Below are positions 11,599-22,925 of a stretch of DNA of 64,000 nt, in pieces. Each line of letters starts with the position of its first letter. Positions within the stretch are counted from its first letter, which is position 1. The notes under the pieces were generated by a model. It made no database searches, had not been told where the DNA came from, and saw only the letters and a list, made by a program, of their open reading frames with translations. The position numbers were made by a program, and so were the translations under genes. The DNA is taken from NCBI GenBank assembly GCA_951406725.2, contig OX597818.1, positions 61,256,001 through 61,320,000 of the forward strand. Direction: 5' to 3'. This DNA is from Octopus vulgaris (taxonomy: Eukaryota).

Positions 11599-12754
11599 TA
11601 TATATAAGCTAAATACAATTCCTTAACTGAAGTTGTAAAAGAATAATGTAATGAAATGCTGCAACATACATAAAGCAATTTGGAAGCAGCTGACTTCAAG
11701 AGTTCAGTTAATTTGGTAGTCAAACAAAATTCTAGACTAGTATCATCATCATCATCACCATCGTTTAGAAGTAACTAAATTAAGAGATTCTTGATGATTA
11801 TGCATCAAAATAATTCTATATTCTAGAATGTTTTAAATAAGACTAATGCAGTTAAAATCATTTGCATATTTATAAACACAATTAGTAAGAGACTATAAGT
11901 AGAATAGCTGAGTGCTGAGTACCTAAATACAATATTTAGCACTTACCATTAAAAGGCCCTTAATAATATTTTTCTTGGATGTATTAGAAATGTCTTGTTT
12001 ATAGCTTAGCGAGTGTATTAAATAATAAATAGCATTAGAAACAAGTAAAAAACAAAAAAAAAGGAAGGTTAGAATTTTGTGTTTGTGTGTGTGTGTGTAG
12101 CTAGGGTGGAGCTTAGGAACCAAAATTAAACTTGGAAATAAATATCTTTAGGTTGTAATAAAAGCATTAGGTCCTTTGGTTTCTGACTATAAAAAAACTG
12201 CATTACAAAAACAAAATTTTATTTAAAATTTAACTGTAAAGTAAAAATAAATCTAGTCATAAATATACATTAGTAAGTAACTGTTTCACACATTTGGTTC
12301 ATATGAAACTACCTTCTAATATGGTATACATTCCAGTTGTTTCACTTTATTGTGTTACAAAAATACAAGTAAAGTTTTCAACTTCAAAGAATAGTTTTCA
12401 AAATACCTAAATAGCTGCATATTATAAATTCTCCAGGCTAATGCCTAAAAAATGTAATGCAACCCAAATTTTATATGCTAGTTGGAAGACAAAAAAAAAA
12501 GAGATTCAATTCATATGAGCTTTGTATAACAGTAAAATAGCCTAGGTTATCATTATATTCTATACTGATCATTTTTGTTCTCTAACTATCGCAAATGGGA
12601 ATTAAAGCATTTTGTTTTTATTCAGTAAGCAGCATTTTACAAATAAGTATATTCTCAAAACAATATGCATAGAACCAAGTTAGTCATGGAAATATAACAT
12701 CCAAAATATATATTCTTTGAAGGGTAAATTCACACTCAAACATGTTGAAATAGC

Positions 12755-12788
<34 letters not shown>

Positions 12789-15199
12789 TTGTTTTATGCA
12801 GATATATTCTATATTTTTAGGTGAGGTTAAAAAACTGATGTTTGATGTAAAAGTATACAGAACCGACGGGAAATAGTCATCAGATGAGTCAGTTCTTTTT
12901 CTGAACCCTTTATAGTAAATATTACCATGACTTGTGATCCACCGAGACATTTAGTTCTTTCTCAAACAAATTTAAATCATCAAGCTCCATCATCAGTTTC
13001 CACATTAAATACCCTAAAAGGGATTTCATCTTCTAAGCAATAAATGCATATAATATTATGCATTAATTTCTAATAACATCAATGACATATGTTTTGAAAA
13101 TGGATATTTGTAGGGATATTAAGCATATTCGGTACCAATACACAAATGTATGCGCATATAAAACATTGCCAACTACTTAAAAATATTACTAAAACATAAA
13201 TAAGAACAAATGATTAATTTTCATAGGAAACATGCAAACGTCACATGAACATTGCACTATACCTTAAAAATATTAGAAAATTGTAAATAAATATTATGTC
13301 AATATGAAAGATATATCGAAAACCTATTTTTGAGCATAAGTTAATTTCGTTCTTTTGGATTTATTTTAGAGCTGGGGACGCAATGTAAAATAAGATTAGA
13401 CTAAATGGAGAAAAAAGAAGTATTGTATATAGAGAACAGCAGATATAAATTGTATTTTCCAACTGAATATGATTTGAGTATATTTACTAAGTCTGAAATA
13501 GAATTTGCTGCATAAATCTACATTTAGGCTGAAAATTCTAATAGTAACCATTGAATTTTCCTAACTAATCAAAAGAGAATCTTATAGACAGATAACAATA
13601 TATAAGTGAATACAAGAATTTTCTCTAACAATCACCAATCAATCCCTTTATGACTTGCAAATAGCAGCCAGATGAAAAATATACACGTTTCTATACGTTC
13701 GTCAAAAGGTAAAAAACAGGTTCAAGCAAAATTTAAGTAACTAACAATTTCAAAAGTGAAATGTTAATAATAGAAGCAGAAATATCTATTCACACACACA
13801 AAATTCCAAATTACATTTCATATATAAAGGTAGAACTATTTCTAAACTGTTGAAGGGTTTCCTTGATAAATCTTATTTGAGGTTATCAGAGAGAATCATG
13901 CTGAAGAGCTAACTAGGAACCACTAAAAGAATTAAAGAGTTTATTAGGAAACATAAAACACCACAGAAGCAAAGAGAACTTTTATTAAAGCTTCAAATGC
14001 TGAAATGAATAGATGACACAGAGCCACATGATGGATTCTATAATCATTTTTTCTTTTCTTTTTTTTTTTCATGATTTTTCATTAAAAGCTGGTCTCTCTT
14101 TACAGCTGACAGAATAGCATGGCAACCATTAATATCTCTAGCTGTCTTGTCAATAGAACTCTGCAACCATTCAGATACAAACTTGTTCCACAGGAAGATT
14201 AATATTAAAATTTTATCTCTTATTATAAATGATTGCTGAGTTATATCAAGCATTTCTTAAAATAGAATTTTCAAAAGTTAAGAAACCACATCTTCCATAA
14301 TTTGTGGCAGGAATCTTACTGAAATTAATGTGAGTGCATATGCATGTGTCTGCCTTATGTATATACTAGAGAATTGTATGTTTGATTCTACAGTAGGTTT
14401 ACAGTTACTGAGTCCGAATAAGAAGTTTAATACCTAAATCCTGTCTGTTTCAAAAAAAAAAAAAAACGAAAAAAGGAAAAAAAATTCCTGAACACTGTCA
14501 TAAAATGTAATAAAAAATGTTTGAATGATGAGAAGGATGAAAAATAGAATTCAGCATCCAAAGCAATATGAATGAAGACCAATGTGTTAAGACGGTTACA
14601 ATGAAGTAAAATTCATCTACCACTCTTTGAAAAGGAATGAATTAAATATTTCAAATATATTTTCTGACAGTTCACACATATACATGAATCCTTTCATACA
14701 GCACATATATACACAAATACACACACAGACAATAATAAAAAAAAATCTCAGATTAAAATTTACATTTTTTTTATATTTGTTTCAACTGAAATGAATGTTA
14801 ACAATGTTCTGCCAGATATTATATACTATGTTCCTCTACACTCGTACAAAAGTTCTGAAGACTGCAAATTAAAATCTTAAATTAATTTTTTACCAGCGAA
14901 CTTTACAAAAGATTCTAATAATTCCTTGTGACAGTTGCAATAAGTATTCATAAAGTTGTAAGTGATTTAATAGTAAGAGTCAATGATCAAAGTTTGCCAA
15001 TCCTTGATTAAGTGAAACTCAAGAAGGGGGTGGAGACAGGGAGTGGAAGTGAAGCAGTTAATGTGAAGTAGAACTTGACTACTGTATTGGAACATTGAAT
15101 ATTGTATATTTTCACATACACGTTGAGTAAAATGAATTAACCACTTAATATGATCTAAAGGCGTTCTCTCTTTACATATCTATCTATCTATTTTATCTA

Positions 15200-15400
15200 T
15201 AGGGGGAGAGTTTACGAAAAAAAACAAAAGACGAAGACAGGTGGTGTACAAAAACAAACAAATGTATTAGTATAACGCTCAGCAATTGAAAAAGTCTTTT
15301 ACGTTTCGAGCCTACACTCTTCTACAGAAAGGGACACAGAAAAAAAAAACAAGGAGAGAAGAAAAAGGAGAGAAAAAATGTGTAGTGGCTACCAATCTTT
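15200..15400 (-). mobile_element. Penelope-like short repeat with a minimal hammerhead-like motif
   Basis: Inverted homolog of 19095-19268. Minus strand 15331-15296 reads CTTT CTGTAGA A GAGT-GTAG-GCTC GAAA CG TA AAAG. Confidence 0.6.
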
Positions 15401-15449
15401 CGTATATATATATATATATATATATATATCAGCATCATCATGGTATAAT

Positions 15450-15665
15450 ATTACCAGTACCGCCTGACTGGCCCTTGAGGCAGTGGCATGTAAAAGCACC
15501 CACTACATACTCGGAGTGGTTGGCGTTAGGAAGGGCATCCAGCTGTAGAAACTTTGCCAGATCAGACTGGAGCCTGGTGCAGCCATTTGGTTCACCAGCC
15601 CTCAGTCAAATCGTCCAACCCATGCCAGCATGGAAAGCAGACGTTAAACGACGATGATGATGATG
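15450..15665 (+). mobile_element. RTE-tailed SINE-like element
   Basis: GGCATGTAAAAGCACCCACTAC...GGTTGGCGTTAGGAAGGGCATCCAGCTGTAG...AACCCATGCCAGCATGGAAAGCAGACGTTAAACG(ATG)n. Confidence 0.88.
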
Positions 15666-15891
15666 TATATGTACATGTATATATCAGCATCATCATGGTA
15701 TATATATATATAAATGAAAATATATTCAGATAGAGACTTTGTGGGATGTTGTGTAAAGCTCATCTGCAGTTTTGGGCTACCTAATGTCATAAGCAATAGA
15801 AGTGCATATGCAACTGGATTTACTTTACTTTAGGAATTCCTGAGCGTTCATAGTATTTATATAAATAGATCAAAGACAGAAAATTAAATTC

Positions 15892-16196
15892 ATGAGATTC
15901 AAATCTACTACAATTCTTTTGATTCAGTTTACACTTGTAGCTGAAAGGTGAGATGCTGTGCAATTAATTGTCTTGCATCACAGCTGTAGAATGTGCCTCC
16001 TCACCCAGATATACATTGTTATAGGGCTAAATGAAACGGCAAGGAAAAATAGCACAGTACTTATTTAAAATGTCACCTGAAAAGGTGCATTCTACAGTTG
16101 CAATGCAAGACAATTGATAGCACAGCATCTTACTTATGAGCCACAGGTGCAGGATGAGTCAAAACAATTGTAGAGGATTTGAACAAGGAATCTCAT
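15892..16196. repeat. Diverged long inverted repeat (about 105-bp arms, about 85-bp spacer)
   Basis: 15892-15998 aligns with the reverse complement of 16083-16196, e.g. AGATGCTGTGC.AT.AATTGTCTTGCAT..CA.CTGTAGAATG. Identity is roughly 80% by eye. Confidence 0.85.
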
Positions 16197-16299
16197 CAAC
16201 ATCACTTAATGTCTGTTTTCCAATCTGGTATGGGTTGGATGGTTGGAGAGGAATTGGCCTGCTGGAGAGCTGCACCAGGTTCCAATCATCTTGAGAATT

Positions 16300-16696
16300 C
16301 TGACCCTGTGCTTGAGAAGACCTATTGAGTCAAGTACATCAACATCAAAAATCAAATGGAAATTATAGTTGTGATACCTGTGCCGATGGCACGTAAAAAG
16401 CACTATCCAAATGTAGCTGATGGCAGCGTCACCTTGACTGGAATCTGTGCCGGTGGCACGTAAAAAACACCAACCGATTGTGGCCACTGCCAGCCTCCCC
16501 TAGCACCTGTGCTAGTGGCATGTAAAAAGCACCCACTACACTCACAGAATGGTTGGCGTTAGGAAGGACATCCAGCTGTAGAATCCTTGCCAGATCAGAC
16601 TGGAGCCTGGTGCAGCCTCCTGGCTTCCCAGACCCCGGTTGTACCGTCCAACTCATGCTAACAAGGAAAACGGACATTAAACGATGATGATGATGA
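16300..16696 (+). mobile_element. RTE-tailed SINE-like element with internal ~60-bp repeats
   Basis: Three GTGCC.GTGGCA.GTAAAAA.CAC units precede the family tail. A minus-strand tail fragment is adjacent at about 16195-16290. Confidence 0.85.
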
Positions 16697-16730
16697 GATA
16701 TATATATATATATATATATACACATACACA

Positions 16731-16904
16731 TACAGGGAAAGAAATAAGATGAAAAAAACACAGAAGATATGTTTTACGAGACTGAAGAATATATTTAAAT
16801 TGTCATGGCAAAAGTATTGTACATTGCCATGACAATTTGAATATATTCTTCAGTCTCATAAAATAAATCTTCTGTGTTTTTTCCATCGTATTTCTTTCCT
16901 TGTA
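16731..16904. repeat. Fold-back hairpin: 81-bp arms, 12-nt loop
   Basis: 16731-16811 is the reverse complement of 16824-16904 with 7 substitutions and no gaps. Loop is AAGTATTGTACA. Confidence 0.93.
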
Positions 16905-17085
16905 TATTCAACCATGTGTAATTACTAACCATACTTTATCACTCATATATATATGTATGTGTATATATGTATATATATTACACTATTGTATGAGTGAGCG
17001 CCCTCGCGTCGAATCGATTCGATTCGTTTCGTTTCTTCTTCTTTAGCTGGTTTTTATATATATATATATATATAAAGGGGAACCT

Positions 17086-17129
17086 GGGACCTTGAAGACT
17101 GCTATAATGCATGAAAGTATACTAGTCCC
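17086..17129 (+). ncRNA. Degenerate minimal type I hammerhead ribozyme motif
   Basis: GGGAC C TTGAAGA CTGC-TATAAT-GCAT GAA AGTATACT A GTCCC: stem I GGGAC/GTCCC, palindromic stem III AGTATACT, triplet CUA. There is one extra base before the core and a C/T mismatch at the base of stem II. It sits in a ~120-bp island between (TA)n tracts. Confidence 0.6.
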
Positions 17130-17192
17130 TTAATATTTGATATTAAACATTTCATCTATTCAATAAGACAATCAATACTTAATTTCATTTTA

Positions 17193-17235
<43 letters not shown>

Positions 17236-17312
17236 TATACTATATATTCTACATTAATATTATAAAGAATATAAATAAAACATAAAAAATAGACAGAGTT
17301 GGAATTCCTTTG

Positions 17313-17349
<37 letters not shown>

Positions 17350-17535
17350 CATATATCAATATGTATATGTGTGGTGTAAAGTGGTTGGTATTAGGGAGAG
17401 CATTAAACTGTAAAAACCATGCTAAGCCAGGCTATGGAATACGGTGCAATCTTTGAATGCATCACATCCTGTCAAATCATCCATACATGGAACATGAATA
17501 TTCAAATGAAGATGATGTATGTGTGTGCATGAGTA

Positions 17536-17568
<33 letters not shown>

Positions 17569-17618
17569 CACTACTACTACTACTACTACAATAATGAACT
17601 GAACTAACAATTACTATT

Positions 17619-18010
17619 TTACTCTCTTTTATTTGTTTCAGTCATTTGACTGTGGCCATGCTGGAGCACCGCCTTTAGTCGAGCAAATTGACCCCAGGAC
17701 TTATTCTTTGTAAGCCTAGTACTTATTCTATTGGTCTCTTTTGCCGAACTGCTAAGTTACGGGGACGTAAACACACCATCAGCAGTTGTCAAGCGATGTT
17801 GGGTGGAACAAATACAGACACACAAACATACATACACAAACACACATATACAACGGGCTTCTTTTCAGTTTCCGTCTACCAAATCCACTCACAAGGCTTT
17901 GGTCAGTCCGAGGCTATAGTAGAAGACACTTGCACAAGATGCCATGCAGTGGAACTGAACCCAGAACCATGTGGTTGGCAAGCAAGCTACTTACCACACA
18001 GCCACTCCTT
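17619..18010 (-). mobile_element. tRNA-derived CORE-type SINE, full length
   Basis: Near-identical to the other copies. Confidence 0.92.
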
Positions 18011-19030
18011 GTTCTAGCTTTCACTTTTCAAATTCACATGTTCCTTTTAAGAGAGAGGCTATACGCTCATTTAAATCTTTATTAGAAATGAAACCACATT
18101 ACACTAACATCTTTTGTTAGGATATTATTTTTTGACCAAACTGAAGGCATCTGCCTATCATTATGAAGGATTCCTTATTGCAGCCCTTTCTAGTGAGAAG
18201 GAATAATAAAAATGTACATGCAAAAAATAACATAACCAAACCCTAACATATGAACAGATCAGGAATTTTGTGCCTACGTGTGTTATACTAATTGTGTAAT
18301 GTGTCTATTATGCTTACTTAGATATTAAACAATAAATTCTATAAAGATTTTGTCTCTTTCATCTTATTCGCAACTCTACACGGATTATGTTTGCACTGGT
18401 GATGTTGAATCCCTTTATGTCTGCAACTTCACAGTTCAACAGGCAGAGATCAATAAAAGAAGTACCAAACTGGCTGCGATTCAATGACATGGGATCAGTG
18501 AAAAAATAAAAAACATGCTACCATCTTTAGATGGAAGAATCAACTATAATCCTAACTAATATTTTCCTAATCTGAATTAATATGTAATTTTGGTGATATG
18601 TAAATATGAATGATCGATGTTTCTCAAAGGGGTGGATAGACAGGATGGCGAAACACTTAATGAAACTAAAACTAAAGAATATTAATAACTTTAGTCATCT
18701 GTCATTGTAATAAGGGAGAGTGCTGAACGACAGGCAAGAGATTGGAGTAGGGGATGGAAAAATAAAACTGACACAAATGTTAGTTGGAATGGTAAACAGT
18801 GAAAGATCTGGATTGCAGGTGCTCTGGCCTTTTGCAATGAAATACTGGAAACAAAATGAATGAAATACCAAATCAATACAGGTGTGTAGTCATAGCAAAA
18901 CTCATACACACTGAGAAATGTAATAGTTTATTGTGATGATAATTTTGGGGTTAGTTAATGGAGGGGGTGGTTATGTCTTTTGTAAGTAGTAAAAAAAAGC
19001 TGACAGGGAATAATTTAGTTTTTGAAATGC

Positions 19031-19091
<61 letters not shown>

Positions 19092-19094
19092 GAT

Positions 19095-19268
19095 AGATTG
19101 CTAGCCACTACACATTCTTTATTTTTTCTCCTTGTTCCTTTCTGTGGAAGAGTGTGGCCTCGAAACGTTAAAGACTTTCACACTTCCCAAGCGTTAAATT
19201 AATACATCTGTTTGTTGTCTACACCACCTGTCTTCATCTTTTGTTTTTTTTTTGTTTGAATTCTCCCT
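19095..19268 (+). mobile_element. Penelope-like short repeat with a minimal hammerhead-like motif
   Basis: Follows (TA)n at 19036-19089. 19138-19173 reads CTTT CTGTGGA A GAG-TGTGGC-CTC GAAA CG TT AAAG. Homologous to 15200-15400. Confidence 0.6.
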
Positions 19269-19447
19269 ACACACACACACTATGATTTGACATGTGTTTT
19301 AGTGCAAGAAGTCATCATTGACACCACAAATACAACCATGGCTGCCAACAACAAACACTACCATCACCATTTACCATTATTATCTCTTATTTGCTATTTT
19401 TTTTTTTCTCTGGTTTTTCTCTTTTTCTCTCCTTTGAATTCCTCCAG

Positions 19448-19468
19448 TATAATGCAAAAGCTAGTTGG
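19448..19468 (+). CDS. Candidate 21-nt frame-preserving microexon
   Basis: A ~50-nt polypyrimidine tract ends TTCCTCCAG, followed by exon TATAATGCAAAAGCTAGTTGG and donor GTAAGA. Open in phase 0 (YNAKASW) and phase 2 (.IMQKLVG). No transcript evidence. Confidence 0.4.
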
Positions 19469-20024
19469 GTAAGAATGTACTGTTGTATTAATATACAGAT
19501 TGTTTTAAGCTTTTTAAACTCACCGAACACTACGAAGACAGACAAATTACATTGATGCAAACTAATTTGTCTTCTCATTAATAAAGAGAAAAGAAGGGGT
19601 ACAAAATGTTACAATTATTGTCAGTTTCAGAGCCGTTGATCTAAGATTGCAGGAAATCACAAAGAAAACCTGCATCATTTCATACAATATTCACTTTGAA
19701 GAAACCCTAAACAGTTTAAAATGTGTCAGAGTTTATAATCAAGTTAAAATACCTTTGTTTTGCTGTAAAGACAAAGTAGTTTCCAAGTACTTTTAGCACT
19801 CACCCCTCCAAAAAAAAAAAACAGTCTTGAGGTGGGATTTGTTCTTATTTAAGTCAAAATCGTGTTTTTTTATATAATACCTGCTTTTCCTAATGACACA
19901 GAAATACAAAGTGCATTCCATAAGTTTTGAGACATTTTCAGGTGAGACATTTATTAATTTCAAAGAAGTACAAAACTCTAAACTCCTTGAAAGTAGGATT
20001 CCCTGACTTTGGTGCACTTTTCTG

Positions 20025-20262
20025 TTGTAGCATTGCAGGGAGCAATGTCTGGATTGTAGGGGAAGGTGAGAAACAGTTCTGATGCTCTGGCCTTTTGCAA
20101 TGAAATCTCTTCCAAAGCTTCCTCAGAACCTCCACAAAATACCCTTTGTTGACCATTCGGCCAGAGGGAACCCAGTAGATGTAGGTGAAACCCTTGATGT
20201 TGACAAAGAGGATTATCATCAGCTTCCTGGTGGACTTGCTTTGCCTGACCTCTTTCAACAGT
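20025..20262 (-). mobile_element. Mariner transposase relic, internally deleted
   Basis: ...RQSKSTRKLMIILFVNIKGFTYIYWVPSGRMVNKGYFVEVLRKLWKRFHCKRPE, then after a frameshift PYNPDIAPCN (the YSPDLAPxD motif). A shorter related relic lies at about 18790-18845. Confidence 0.85.
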
Positions 20263-20276
20263 GAATAGCTACAAGG

Positions 20277-20677
20277 TAGGCACGGGAGTGGCTGTGTGGT
20301 AAGTAGCTTGCTAACCAACCACATGATTCCGGGTTCAGTCCCACTGCATGGCATCTTGGGCAAGTGTCTTCTGCTATAGCCCCGGGCCGACCAATGCCTT
20401 GTGAATGGATTTGGTAGACGGAAACTGAAAAAAGCGTGTCATATATATGTATATATATATATGTATGCGTATGTGTTTGTGTGTCAGTGTCTGTCCCCCT
20501 AGCATTGCTTGACAACCGATGCTGGTGTGTTTACGTCCCCATCACTTAGCGGTTCGGCAAAAAGAGACCGATAGAATAAGTACTAGGCTTACAAAGAATA
20601 AGTCCCGGGGTCGATTTGCTCGACTAAAGGCGGTGCTCCAGCATGGCCGCAGTCAAATGACTGAAACAAGTAAAAGA
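20277..20677 (+). mobile_element. tRNA-derived CORE-type SINE, full length
   Basis: GGCACGGGAGTGGCTGTGTGGTAAG...GGTTCAGTCCC...CTTGGGCAAGTG...TGAAACAAGTAAAAG. Confidence 0.93.
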
Positions 20678-21164
20678 AGAAAAAAAAAGAAGAAGGTATA
20701 TAAACCTGAATAGGGTTCAATACAGTAACAAAGCTAATATATTCAGTTACAACAAACACTTTCCTCTTTGTTGTTGTCATCGTGAAAGCAGTATAAACTT
20801 GTTAAAAATTATCATGAAGATTTCTTTTTGTATCAACAAATAAAAAAAAACAACAACAACAAAATAAGAAACTGATATAACTTAACAACAACAATAGATT
20901 ATTGTTGTTGAACCTACTGAGTTAAAACCTGTACACTTAAGATATCCCAATTAATAAAAAATTAAGTAGAAGTTATCTAAATAAGATGAACAAAATATAC
21001 AAATTTGAGAAATGTGATATCAAATATAAACTTAGGATGTTAGCAGTTAAGATTTCTTTTAGCAATAAATTGTTAATTTTGTTTAAAAGAATTAAGATTG
21101 ACAAAAATTTTCTTGAATTTTGCTTTCCTAGTTGCAGAAAATTTTCCTACAATTAAAGAATTAA

Positions 21165-21414
21165 TTTTTAACTTAACCAAAGTTAAGTTTTAGCTAAGAT
21201 TGAACATTCAAAAAATATGCTTATTTTATAATTTAACCAAGAATTAGTTTTTAAAGACAGTTAACCAAAGTTAAGTTTTAGCTAAGATTGAACATCCAAA
21301 AGTATGCTTATTTTATAATTTAACCAAGAATTAATTTTTAATGATAATTAACCAAAGTTAAGTTTTAGCTAAGATTGAACATCCAAAAGTATGCTTATTT
21401 TATAATTTAACCAA
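21165..21414. repeat. AT-rich tandem repeat, 87-88-bp unit, about 2.8 copies
   Basis: TTAACCAAAGTTAAGTTTTAGCTAAGATTGAACAT starts at 21173, 21261 and 21348. Confidence 0.9.
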
Positions 21415-22033
21415 TATTCGAAATTTTAAAAAATTACACAATTTTTACTCTCTAAACAAATCATATCATAGTATCTCATGCTTCAAATATTTTTAAAGAA
21501 AAGAGAGGAAATATTGAGGAAAATATTTGATAGCAATAATTTCTGATATAGTATGAGAATCATATGATGGAAAGAAAGCAGTATTATACATGTATTTATT
21601 CCAATGGTTTGTGCAGTCTATCTTTAAAATAATTCAAATTTCCTTAAAATTAGCAATGATTATTTCTATAGAAATTCATCAATAGTGATATATTTCATGT
21701 TATCGTACTTCGATGTTTCTTTGAAGTGATTTTATTAGATTTTGTTGGAGGTGAATAATGTTTGTGATTCACCCATTTTGGGAACTTAAGTTATAATCTA
21801 ATGTTAAAAATTATATTGGTGTCCACTTTTGATATTCAAGATTGATTTTTCATGAAAATCAGCAAAATATTAGATCTATAAGATATTTTTCTTATAGTTA
21901 GCCAATGTAGGATATGAATAATGAATTATGACAGAGTTCATGAGAATAATATTTTTATGAAAGACAGTGTACTTCAAGAAAATTACCATGCAGTCTCTCA
22001 GCATGCTGGAAATAGTAAAGAAATCTCCCTAAA

Positions 22034-22470
22034 CCCTTTAGCATTTAACCCTTTCGTTACCAACCCAGCTGAAACCGGCTCTGGCTCTGTGTACAAATGT
22101 CTTATTTTCATAAGTTTTGAATTAAAATCATCCACCAAACCTTAGTCACAATTTATGTTCCTAACATCCTGAATGATAACTAAGTTATTTAGCTAAATTC
22201 TTTGTTATATTGAAAGTAATTGAAAGAAACACAGCGCATCTCAAAATAAATGCAGTAACTAAAGGGTTAAACTGGCCATACCCGGCCCAAATATTCTACC
22301 TGTTCTATGTTCAAACAGGTCAGATCTGGCTTTGCACACTTATCCTACAATGTCATTCTAAGAATAAGCAACTACATCCTCAAAATTTTACGACGTCTTT
22401 GCATGATTAATTCAAAACAATTCAATTACATAAGCATTACATTTGACAGAATAACTTGAATACTAAAGGG
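22034..22470. mobile_element. piggyBac-like MITE (outer element)
   Basis: Ends CCCTTTAGCATT... and ...AATACTAAAGGG, with TTAA on the right (22471-74) and TAAA on the left. Confidence 0.75.
22049..22266. mobile_element. piggyBac-like MITE nested in the outer MITE
   Basis: TTAA|CCCTTTCGTTAC...GTAACTAAAGGG|TTAA, with TTAA TSDs at 22045-48 and 22267-70. Confidence 0.85.
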
Positions 22471-22789
22471 TTAACTCATTCTTTAACATCTTGAGAAAGT
22501 AGGTATACTTTGGTTAATGTAGTCAGAGACAAATTAAGGCTAAATAAAAGACAGAATGGTCAAAACTGGAATGTTTTTAATTAGAGATCAACTTGATCAA
22601 GGCTGACCTAGGACTAAGCATTCATTAAGTCAGTAGTTCATATTCTGAGTTTGGCTGCATTTAAAATTTGGTGTGTCCCAAGTCTTGGTTTTATTGCTCT
22701 ACTCAGTGATGCATATCAGAAAAAGATGCACATGCACATAATACAATGTGGCAGAAATCAAATCTTCATCTGTTACAACAGTCTTCTGC

Positions 22790-22925
22790 ATAGTTTCCGT
22801 CTACCAAATTTCACTCACAATGAGCTGCTCAAGCCAAAACCATAATAGAAGACACTTGTCCAAGATGCCATGCAATGTGATCGAACCAGGAACCAAGGTG
22901 ATTGCAAAGCACACAGGTATGCTAA
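22790..22925 (-). mobile_element. Old CORE-type SINE head fragment
   Basis: AGTTTCCGTCTACCAAAT..CACTCACAA...TAGAAGACACTTGTCCAAGATGCCATGCA. Confidence 0.7.

Noticed and set aside
18807-20106. 24-nt exact direct repeat (18820-18843 and 20083-20106) suggesting docking/selector-type splicing elements
   Set aside because: Both lie in mariner transposase relics (the KRPE and YSPDLAP-like regions), so shared TE ancestry explains the match.
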